64,000 bases of DNA, taken from assembly GCF_009914755.1 (NCBI RefSeq), contig NC_060931.1; one strand, 5' to 3'. Below are positions 39,901 to 51,900 of the stretch, piece by piece; position 1 is the stretch's first letter, and each line of letters opens with the position of its first letter. Made by a program: the position numbers and the translations under genes. Source of the DNA: the human T2T-CHM13v2.0 reference genome, Homo sapiens. The notes beneath the pieces were generated by a model. It worked only from the letters and a program-made list of their open reading frames with translations. It did not search any database and was not told where the DNA came from.

Positions 39901-42900
39901 AGAGTTCAACCTTTCTTTTCTTAGAGCAGTTTAGAAACACTCTGCTTGTTATGTCTGCAAGTGGATATTTGGACCTCTTTGAGGCCTTCGTTGCAAACGG
40001 GGTTTCTTCCTTTCATGCTAGACTAAGAAGAGTTCTCAGTAACTTTTTTGTGTTGTGTGTATTCAACTCACAGAGTTGAACCTTGCTTTAGAGAGAGCAG
40101 ATTTGAAACACTCTTGCTGTGGCATTTTCAGGTGGAGATTTCAAGCGATTTGAGGACAATTGCAGAAAAGGAAATATCTTCGTATAATAACCAGACAGAA
40201 TCATTCTCAGAAAGTGCTTTGTGATGTGTGCGTTCAACTCACAGAGTTTAACCTTTCTTTTCATAGAGGAGTTTGGAAACACACTGTTTGTAAAGTCTGC
40301 AAGTGGATATATGGACCTGTTTGAGGCCTTCGTTGGAAACGGGATTTCTTCATTGAATGCTAGACGGAAGAATTCTCAGTAAATTCTTTGTGTTGTGTGC
40401 ATTCAACTCACAGAGTGGAACGTCCCTTTAGACAGAGCAGATTTGAAACACTCTTTTTGCGGAATTTGCAAGTGGAGATTTCTAGCCATTTGATGCCAAC
40501 AGTAGAAAGGGAAATATCTTCAAATAAAAACCAGACAGAATCATTCTCAGAAAATTCTTTGTGATGTGTGCGTTCAACTCACATAGTTTAACCTTTCTTT
40601 TCATAGAGCAGTTTGGAAACACTCTGTTTGTAAAGTCTGCAAGTGGATATATGGACCGCATTGAGGCCTTCGTTGGAAACGGGATTTCTTCATTTCATGC
40701 TAGACAGAAGAATTCTCAGTAACTTCTTTGTGCTGTGTGTATTCAACTCACAGAGTGGAACGTCCCTTTGCACAGAGCAGATTTGAAACACTCTTTTTGT
40801 GGAGTTTGCAAGTGGAGATTTCAAGCGATTTGATGCCAACAGTAGAAAAGGAAATATCTTCAAATAAAAACTAGACAGAATCATTCTCAGAAACTACTTT
40901 GTGATGTGTGCCTTCAACTCACAGAGTTTAACCTTTCTTTTCTTAGAGCAGTTTAGAAACACTCTGCTTGTTCCGTCTGCAAGTGGATATTTGGACCTCT
41001 TTGAGGCCTTCGTTGCAAACGGGGTTTCTTCCTTTCATGCTAGACTAAGAAGAGTTCTCAGTAACTTTTTTGTGTTGTGTGTATTCAACTCACAGAGTTG
41101 AACCTTGCTTTAGAGAGAGCAGATTTGAAACACTCTTGCTGTGGCATTTTCAGGTGGAGATTTCAAGCGATTTGAGGACAATTGCAGAAAAGGAAATATC
41201 TTCGTATAATAACCAGACAGAATCATTCTCAGAAAGTGCTTTGTGATGTGTGCGTTCAACTCACAGAGTTTAACCTTTCTTTTCATAGAGGAGTTTGGAA
41301 ACACACTGTTTGTAAAGTCTGCAAGTGGATATATGGACCTGTTTGAGGCCTTCGTTGGAAACGGGATTTCTTCATTGAATGCTAGACGGAAGAATTCTCA
41401 GTAAATTCTTTGTGTTGTGTGCATTCAACTCACAGAGTGGAACGTCCCTTTAGACAGAGCAGATTTGAAACACTCTTTTTGCGGAATTTGCAAGTGGAGA
41501 TTTCTAGCCATTTGATGCCAACAGTAGAAAGGGAAATATCTTCAAATAAAAACCAGACAGAATCATTCTCAGAAAATTCTTTGTGATGTGTGCGTTCAAC
41601 TCACATAGTTTAACCTTTCTCTTCATAGAGCAGTTTGGAAACACTCTGTTTGTAAAGTCTGCAAGTGGATATATGGACCGCATTGAGGCCTTCGTTGGAA
41701 ACGGGATTTCTTCATTTCATGCTAGACAGAAGAATTCTCAGTAACTTCTTTGTGCTGTGTGTATTCAACTCACAGAGTGGAACGTCCCTTTGCACAGAGC
41801 AGATTTGAAACACTCTTTTTGTGGAGTTTGCAAGTGGAGATTTCAAGCGATTTGATGCCAACAGTAGAAAAGGAAATATCTTCAAATAAAAACTAGACAG
41901 AATCATTCTCAGAAACTACTTTGTGATGTGTGCCTTCAACTCACAGAGTTTAACCTTTCTTTTCTTAGAGCAGTTTAGAAACACTCTGCTTGTTATGTCT
42001 GCAAGTGGATATTTGGACCTCTTTGAGGCCTTCGTTGCAAACGGGGTTTCTTCCTTTCATGCTAGACTAAGAAGAGTTCTCAGTAACTTTTTTGTGTTGT
42101 GTGTATTCAACTCACAGAGTTGAACCTTGCTTTAGGGAGAGCAGATTTGAAACACTCTTGCTGTGGCATTTTCAGGTGGAGATTTCAAGCGATTTGAGGA
42201 CAATTGCAGAAAAGGAAATATCTTCGTATAATAACCAGACAGAATCATTCTCAGAAAGTGCTTTGTGATGTGTGCGTTCAACTCACAGAGTTTAACCTTT
42301 CTTTTCATAGAGGAGTTTGGAAACACACTGTTTGTAAAGTCTGCAAGTGGATATATGGACCTGTTTGAGGCCTTCGTTGGAAACGGGATTTCTTCATTGA
42401 ATGCTAGACGGAAGAATTCTCAGTAAATTCTTTGTGTTGTGTGCATTCAACTCACAGAGTGGAACGTCCCTTTAGACAGAGCAGATTTGAAACCCTCTTT
42501 TTGCGGAATTTGCAAGTGGAGATTTCTAGCCATTTGATGCCAACAGTAGAAAGGGAAATATCTTCAAATAAAAACCAGACAGAATCATTCTCAGAAAATT
42601 CTTTGTGATGTGTGCGTTCAACTCACATAGTTTAACCTTTCTCTTCATAGAGCAGTTTGGAAACACTCTGTTTGTAAAGTCTGCAAGTGGATATATGGAC
42701 CGCATTGAGGCCTTCGTTGGAAACGGGATTTCTTCATTTCATGCTAGACAGAAGAATTCTCAGTAACTTCTTTGTGCTGTGTGTATTCAACTCACAGAGT
42801 GGAACGTCCCTTTGCACAGAGCAGATTTGAAACACTCTTTTTGTGGAGTTTGCAAGTGGAGATTTCAAGCGATTTCATGCCAACAGTAGAAAAGGAAATA

Positions 42901-45900
42901 TCTTCAAATAAAAACTAGACAGAATCATTCTCAGAAACTACTTTGTGATGTGTGCCTTCAACTCACAGAGTTCAACCTTTCTTTTCTTAGAGCAGTTTAG
43001 AAACACTCTGCTTGTTATGTCTGCAAGTGGATATTTGGACCTCTTTGAGGCCTTCGTTGCAAACGGGGTTTCTTCCTTTCATGCTAGACTAAGAAGAGTT
43101 CTCAGTAACTTTTTTGTGTTGTGTGTATTCAACTCACAGAGTTGAACCTTGCTTTAGAGAGAGCAGATTTGAAACACTCTTGCTGTGGCATTTTCAGGTG
43201 GAGATTTCAAGCGATTTGAGGACAATTGCAGAAAAGGAAATATCTTCGTATAATAACCAGACAGAATCATTCTCAGAAAGTGCTTTGTGATGTGTGCGTT
43301 CAACTCACAGAGTTTAACCTTTCTTTTCATAGAGGAGTTTGGAAACACACTGTTTGTAAAGTCTGCAATTGGATATATGGACCTGTTTGAGGCCTCCGTT
43401 GGAAACGGGATTTCTTCATTGAATGCTAGACGGAAGAATTCTCAGTAAATTCTTTGTGTTGTGTGCATTCAACTCACAGAGTGGAACGTCCCTTTAGACA
43501 GAGCAGATTTGAAACACTCTTTTTGCGGAATTTGCAAGTGGAGATTTCTAGCCATTTGATGCCAACAGTAGAAAGGGAAATATCTTCAAATAAAAACCAG
43601 ACAGAATCATTCTCAGAAAATTCTTTGTGATGTGTGCGTTCAACTCACATAGTTTAACCTTTCTTTTCATAGAGCAGTTTGGAAACACTCTGTTTGTAAA
43701 GTCTGCAAGTGGATATATGGACCGCATTGAGGCCTTCGTTGGAAACGGGATTTCTTCATTTCATGCTAGACAGAAGAATTCTCAGTAACTTCTTTGTGCT
43801 GTGTGTATTCAACTCACAGAGTGGAACGTCCATTTGCACAGAGCAGATTTGAAACACTCTTTTTGTGGAATTTGCAAGTGGAGATTTCAAGCGATTTGAT
43901 GCCAACAGTAGAAAAGGAAATATCTTCAAATAAAAACTAGACAGAATCATTCTCAGAAACTACTTTGTGATGTGTGCCTTCAACTCACAGAGTTTAACCT
44001 TTCTTTTCTTAGAGCAGTTTAGAAACACTCTGCTTGTTATGTCTGCAAGTGGATATTTGGACCTCTTTGAGGCCTTCGTTGCAAACGGGGTTTCTTCCTT
44101 TCATGCTAGACTAAGAAGAGTTCTCAGTAACTTTTTTGTGTTGTGTGTATTCAACTCACAGAGTTGAACCTTGCTTTAGAGAGAGCAGATTTGAAACACT
44201 CTTGCTGTGGCATTTTCAGGTGGAGATTTCAAGCGATTTGAGGACAATTGCAGAAAAGGAAATATCTTCGTATAATAACCAGACAGAATCATTCTCAGAA
44301 AGTGCTTTGTGATGTGTGCGTTCAACTCACAGAGTTTAACCTTTCTTTTCATAGAGGAGTTTGGAAACACACTGTTTGTAAAGTCTGCAAGTGGATATAT
44401 GGACCTGTTTGAGGCCTTCGTTGGAAACGGGATTTCTTCATTGAATGCTAGACGGAAGAATTCTCAGTAAATTCTTTGTGTTGTGTGCATTCAACTCACA
44501 GAGCGGAACGTCCCTTTAGACAGAGCAGATTTGAAACACTCTTTTTGCGGAATTTGCAAGTGGAGATTTCTAGCCATTTGATGCCAACAGTAGAAAGGGA
44601 AATATCTTCAAATAAAAACCAGACAGAATCATTCTCAGAAAATTCTTTGTGATGTGTGCGTTCAACTCACATAGCTTAACCTTTCTTTTCATAGAGCAGT
44701 TTGGAAACACTCTGTTTGTAAAGTCTGCAAGTGGATATATGGACCGCATTGAGGCCTTCTTTGGAAACGGGATTTCTTCATTTCATGCTAGACAGAAGAA
44801 TTCTCAGTAACTTCTTTGTGCTGTGTGTATTCAACTCACAGAGTGGAACGTCCCTTTGCACAGAGCAGATTTGAAACACTCTTTTTGTGGAGTTTGCAAG
44901 TGGAGATTTCAAGCGATTTGATGCCAACAGTAGAAAAGGAAATATCTTCAAATAAAAACTAGACAGAATCATTCTCAGAAACTACTTTGTGATGTGTGCC
45001 TTCAACTCACAGAGTTCAACCTTTCTTTTCTTAGAGCAGTTTAGAAACACTCTGCTTGTTATGTCTGCAAGTGGATATTTGGACCTCTTTGAGGCCTTCG
45101 TTGCAAACGGGGTTTCTTCCTTTCATGCTAGACTAAGAAGAGTTCTCAGTAACTTTTTTGTGTTGTGTGTATTCAACTCACAGAGTTGAACCTTGCTTTA
45201 GGGAGAGCAGATTTGAAACACTCTTGCTGTGGCATTTTCAGGTGGAGATTTCAAGCGATTTGAGGACAATTGCAGAAAAGGAAATATCTTCGTATAATAA
45301 CCAGACAGAATCATTCTCAGAAAGTGCTTTGTGATGTGTGCGTTCAACTCACAGAGTTTAACCTTTCTTTTCATAGAGGAGTTTGGAAACACACTGTTTG
45401 TAAAGTCTGCAAGTGGATATATGGACCTGTTTGAGGCCTTCGTTGGAAACGGGATTTCTTCATTGAATGCTAGACGGAAGAATTCTCAGTAAATTCTTTG
45501 TGTTGTGTGCATTCAACTCACAGAGTGGAACGTCCCTTTAGACAGAGCAGATTTGAAACACTCTTTTTGCGGAATTTGCAAGTGGAGATTTCTAGCCATT
45601 TGATGCCAACAGTAGAAAGGGAAATATCTTCAAATAAAAACCAGACAGAATCATTCTCAGAAAATTCTTTGTGATGTGTGCGTTCAACTCACATAGCTTA
45701 ACCTTTCTTTTCATAGAGCAGTTTGGAAACACTCTGTTTGTAAAGTCTGCAAGTGGATATATGGACCGCATTGAGGCCTTCGTTGGAAACGGGATTTCTT
45801 CATTTCATGCTAGACAGAAGAATTCTCAGTAACTTCTTTGTGCTGTGTGTGTTCAACTCACAGAGTGGAACGTCCCTTTGCACAGAGCAGATTTGAAACA

Positions 45901-48900
45901 CTCTTTTTGTGGAGTTTGCAAGTGGAGATTTCAAGCGATTTGATGCCAACAGTAGAAAAGGAAATATCTTCAAATAAAAACTAGACAGAATCATTCTCAG
46001 AAACTACTTTGTGATGTGTGCCTTCAACTCACAGAGTTTAACCTTTCTTTTCTTAGAGCAGTTTAGAAACACTCTGCTTGTTATGTCTGCAAGTGGATAT
46101 TTGGACCTCTTTGAGGCCTTCGTTGCAAACGGGGTTTCTTCCTTTCATGCTAGACTAAGAAGAGTTCTCAGTAACTTTTTTGTGTTGTGTGTATTCAACT
46201 CACAGAGTTGAACCTTGCTTTAGAGAGAGCAGATTTGAAACACTCTTGCTGTGGCATTTTCAGGTGGAGATTTCAAGCGATTTGAGGACAATTGCAGAAA
46301 AGGAAATATCTTCGTATAATAACCAGACAGAATCATTCTCAGAAAGTGCTTTGTGATGTGTGCGTTCAACTCACAGAGTTTAACCTTTCTTTTCATAGAG
46401 GAGTTTGGAAACACACTGTTTGTAAAGTCTGCAAGTGGATATATGGACCTGTTTGAGGCCTTCGTTGGAAACGGGATTTCTTCATTGAATGCTAGACGGA
46501 AGAATTCTCAGTAAATTCTTTGTGTTGTGTGCATTCAACTCACAGAGTGGAACGTCCCTTTAGACAGAGCAGATTTGAAACACTCTTTTTGCGGAATTTG
46601 CAAGTGGAGATTTCTAGCCATTTGATGCCAACAGTAGAAAGGGAAATATCTTCAAATAAAAACCAGACAGAATCATTCTCAGAAAATTCTTTGTGATGTG
46701 TGCGTTCAACTCACATAGTTTAACCTTTCTTTTCATAGAGCAGTTTGGAAACACTCTGTTTGTAAAGTCTGCAAGTGGATATATGGACCGCATTGAGGCC
46801 TTCGTTGGAAACGGGATTTCTTCATTTCATGCTAGACAGAAGAATTCTCAGTAACTTCTTTGTGCTGTGTGTGTTCAACTCACAGAGTGGAACGTCCCTT
46901 TGCACAGAGCAGATTTGAAACACTCTTTTTGTGGAGTTTGCAAGTGGAGATTTCAAGCGATTTGATGCCAACAGTAGAAAAGGAAATATCTTCAAATAAA
47001 AACTAGACAGAATCATTCTCAGAAACTACTTTGTGATGTGTGCCTTCAACTCACAGAGTTTAACCTTTCTTTTCTTAGAGCAGTTTAGAAACACTCTGCT
47101 TGTTATGTCTGCAAGTGGATATTTGGACCTCTTTGAGGCCTTCGTTGCAAACGGGGTTTCTTCCTTTCATGCTAGACTAAGAAGAGTTCTCAGTAACTTT
47201 TTTGTGTTGTGTGTATTCAACTCACAGAGTTGAACCTTGCTTTAGAGAGAGCAGATTTGAAACACTCTTGCTGTGGCATTTTCAGGTGGAGATTTCAAGC
47301 GATTTGAGGACAATTGCAGAAAAGGAAATATCTTCGTATAATAACCAGACAGAATCATTCTCAGAAAGTGCTTTGTGATGTGTGCGTTCAACTCACAGAG
47401 TTTAACCTTTCTTTTCATAGAGGAGTTTGGAAACACACTGTTTGTAAAGTCTGCAAGTGGATATATGGACCTGTTTGAGGCCTTCGTTGGAAACGGGATT
47501 TCTTCATTGAATGCTAGACGGAAGAATTCTCAGTAAATTCTTTGTGTTGTGTGCATTCAACTCACAGAGTGGAACGTCCCTTTAGACAGAGCAGATTTGA
47601 AACACTCTTTTTGCGGAATTTGCAAGTGGAGATTTCTAGCCATTTGATGCCAACAGTAGAAAGGGAAATATCTTCAAATAAAAACCAGACAGAATCATTC
47701 TCAGAAAATTCTTTGTGATGTGTGCGTTCAACTCACATAGTTTAACCTTTCTTTTCATAGAGCAGTTTGGAAACACTCTGTTTGTAAAGTCTGCAAGTGG
47801 ATATATGGACCGCATTGAGGCCTTCGTTGGAAACGGGATTTCTTCATTTCATGCTAGACAGAAGAATTCTCAGTAACTTCTTTGTGCTGTGTGTATTCAA
47901 CTCACAGAGTGGAACGTCCCTTTGCACAGAGCAGATTTGAAACACTCTTTTTGTGGAGTTTGCAAGTGGAGATTTCAAGCGATTTGATGCCAACAGTAGA
48001 AAAGGAAATATCTTCAAATAAAAACTAGACAGAATCATTCTCAGAAACTACTTTGTGATGTGTGCCTTCAACTCACAGAGTTTAACCTTTCTTTTCTTAG
48101 AGCAGTTTAGAAACACTCTGCTTGTTATGTCTGCAAGTGGATATTTGGACCTCTTTGAGGCCTTCGTTGCAAACGGGGTTTCTTCCTTTCATGCTAGACT
48201 AAGAAGAGTTCTCAGTAACTTTTTTGTGTTGTGTGTATTCAACTCACAGAGTTGAACCTTGCTTTAGAGAGAGCAGATTTGAAACACTCTTGCTGTGGCA
48301 TTTTCAGGTGGAGATTTCAAGCGATTTGAGGACAATTGCAGAAAAGGAAATATCTTCGTATAATAACCAGACAGAATCATTCTCAGAAAGTGCTTTGTGA
48401 TGTGTGCGTTCAACTCACAGAGTTTAACCTTTCTTTTCATAGAGGAGTTTGGAAACACACTGTTTGTAAAGTCTGCAAGTGGATATATGGACCTGTTTGA
48501 GGCCTTCGTTGGAAACGGGATTTCTTCATTGAATGCTAGACGGAAGAATTCTCAGTAAATTCTTTGTGTTGTGTGCATTCAACTCACAGAGTGGAACGTC
48601 CCTTTAGACAGAGCAGATTTGAAACACTCTTTTTGCGGAATTTGCAAGTGGAGATTTCTAGCCATTTGATGCCAACAGTAGAAAGGGAAATATCTTCAAA
48701 TAAAAACCAGACAGAATCATTCTCAGAAAATTCTTTGTGATGTGTGCGTTCAACTCACATAGTTTAACCTTTCTTTTCATAGAGCAGTTTGGAAACACTC
48801 TGTTTGTAAAGTCTGCAAGTGGATATATGGACCGCATTGAGGCCTTCGTTGGAAACGGGATTTCTTCATTTCATGCTAGACAGAAGAATTCTCAGTAACT

Positions 48901-51900
48901 TCTTTGTGCTGTGTGTATTCAACTCACAGAGTGGAACGTCCCTTTGCACAGAGCAGATTTGAAACACTCTTTTTGTGGAGTTTGCAAGTGGAGATTTCAA
49001 GCGATTTGATGCCAACAGTAGAAAAGGAAATATCTTCAAATAAAAACTAGACAGAATCATTCTCAGAAACTACTTTGTGATGTGTGCCTTCAACTCACAG
49101 AGTTTAACCTTTCTTTTCTTAGAGCAGTTTAGAAACACTCTGCTTGTTATGTCTGCAAGTGGATATTTGGACCTCTTTGAGGCCTTCGTTGCAAACGGGG
49201 TTTCTTCCTTTCATGCTAGACTAAGAAGAGTTCTCAGTAACTTTTTTGTGTTGTGTGTATTCAACTCACAGAGTTGAACCTTGCTTTAGAGAGAGCAGAT
49301 TTGAAACACTCTTGCTGTGGCATTTTCAGGTGGAGATTTCAAGCGATTTGAGGACAATTGCAGAAAAGGAAATATCTTCGTATAATAACCAGACAGAATC
49401 ATTCTCAGAAAGTGCTTTGTGATGTGTGCGTTCAACTCACAGAGTTTAACCTTTCTTTTCATAGAGGAGTTTGGAAACACACTGTTTGTAAAGTCTGCAA
49501 GTGGATATATGGACCTGTTTGAGGCCTTCGTTGGAAACGGGATTTCTTCATTGAATGCTAGACGGAAGAATTCTCAGTAAATTCTTTGTGTTGTGTGCAT
49601 TCAACTCACAGAGTGGAACGTCCCTTTAGACAGAGCAGATTTGAAACACTCTTTTTGCGGAATTTGCAAGTGGAGATTTCTAGCCATTTGATGCCAACAG
49701 TAGAAAGGGAAATATCTTCAAATAAAAACCAGACAGAATCATTCTCAGAAAATTCTTTGTGATGTGTGCGTTCAACTCACATAGTTTAACCTTTCTTTTC
49801 ATAGAGCAGTTTGGAAACACTCTGTTTGTAAAGTCTGCAAGTGGATATATGGACCGCATTGAGGCCTTCGTTGGAAACGGGATTTCTTCATTTCATGCTA
49901 GACAGAAGAATTCTCTGTAACTTCTTTGTGCTGTGTGTATTCAACTCACAGAGTGGAACGTCCCTTTACACAGAGCAGATTTGAAACACTCTTTTTGTGG
50001 AGTTTGCAAGTGGAGATTTCAAGCGATTTGATGCCAACAGTAGAAAAGGAAATATCTTCAAATAAAAACTAGACAGAATCATTCTCAGAAACTACTTTGT
50101 GATGTGTGCCTTCAACTCACAGAGTTTAACCTTTCTTTTCTTAGAGCAGTTTAGAAACACTCTGCTTGTTATGTCTGCAAGTGGATATTTGGACCTCTTT
50201 GAGGCCTTCGTTGCAAACGGGGTTTCTTCCTTTCATGCTAGACTAAGAAGAGTTCTCAGTAACTTTTTTGTGTTGTGTGTATTCAACTCACAGAGTTGAA
50301 CCTTGCTTTAGAGAGAGCAGATTTGAAACACTCTTGCAGTGGCATTTTCAGGTGGAGATTTCAAGCGATTTGAGGACAATTGCAGAAAAGGAAATATCTT
50401 CGTATAATAACCAGACAGAATCATTCTCAGAAAGTGCTTTGTGATGTGTGCGTTCAACTCACAGAGTTTAACCTTTCTTTTCATAGAGGTGTTTGGAAAC
50501 ACACTGTTTGTAAAGTCTGCAAGTGGATATATGGACCTGTTTGAGGCCTTCGTTGGAAACGGGATTTCTTCATTGAATGCTAGACGGAAGAATTCTCAGT
50601 AAATTCTTTGTGTTGTGTGCATTCAGCTCACAGAGTGGAACGTCCCTTTAGACAGAGCAGATTTGAAACACTCTTTTTGCGGAATTTGCAAGTGGAGATT
50701 TCTAGCCATTTGATGCCAACAGTAGAAAGGGAAATATCTTCAAATAAAAACCAGACAGAATCATTCTCAGAAAATTCTTTGTGATGTGTGCGTTCAACTC
50801 ACATAGTTTAACCTTTCTTTTCATAGAGCAGTTTGGAAACACTCTGTTTGTAAAGTCTGCAAGTGGATCTATGGACCGCATTGAGGCCTTCGTTGGAAAC
50901 GGGATTTCTTCATTTCATGCTAGACAGAAGAATTCTCAGTAACTTCTTTGTGCTGTGTGTATTCAACTCACAGAGTGGAACGTCCCTTTACACAGAGCAG
51001 ATTTGAAACACTCTTTTTGTGGAGTTTGCAAGTGGAGATTTCAAGCGATTTGATGCCAACAGTAGAAAAGGAAATATCTTCAAATAAAAACTAGACAGAA
51101 TCATTCTCAGAAACTACTTTGTGATGTGTGCCTTCAACTCACAGAGTTTAACTTTTCTTTTCTTAGAGCAGTTTAGAAACACTCTGCTTGTTATGTCTGC
51201 AAGTGGATATTTGGACCTCTTTGAGGCCTTCGTTGCAAACGGGGTTTCTTCCTTTCATGCTAGACTAAGAAGAGTTCTCAGTAACTTTTTTGTGTTGTGT
51301 GTATTCAACTCACAGAGTTGAACCTTGCTTTAGAGAGAGCAGATTTGAAACACTCTTGCTGTGGCATTTTCAGGTGGAGATTTCAAGCGATTTGAGGACA
51401 ATTGCAGAAAAGGAAATATCTTCGTATAATAACCAGACAGAATCATTCTCAGAAAGTGCTTTGTGATGTGTGCGTTCAACTCACAGAGTTTAACCTTTCT
51501 TTTCATAGAGGTGTTTGGAAACACACTGTTTGTAAAGTCTGCAAGTGGATATATGGACCTGTTTGAGGCCTTCGTTGGAAACGGGATTTCTTCATTGAAT
51601 GCTAGACGGAAGAATTCTCAGTAAATTCTTTGTGTTGTGTGCATTCAACTCACAGAGTGGAACGTCCCTTTAGACAGAGCAGATTTGAAACACTCTTTTT
51701 GCGGAATTTGCAAGTGGAGATTTCTAGCCATTTGATGCCAACAGTAGAAAGGGAAATATCTTCAAATAAAAACCAGACAGAATCATTCTCAGAAAATTCT
51801 TTGTGATGTGTGCGTTCAACTCACATAGTTTAACCTTTCTTTTCATAGAGCAGTTTGGAAACACTCTGTTTGTAAAGTCTGCAAGTGGATATATGGACCG

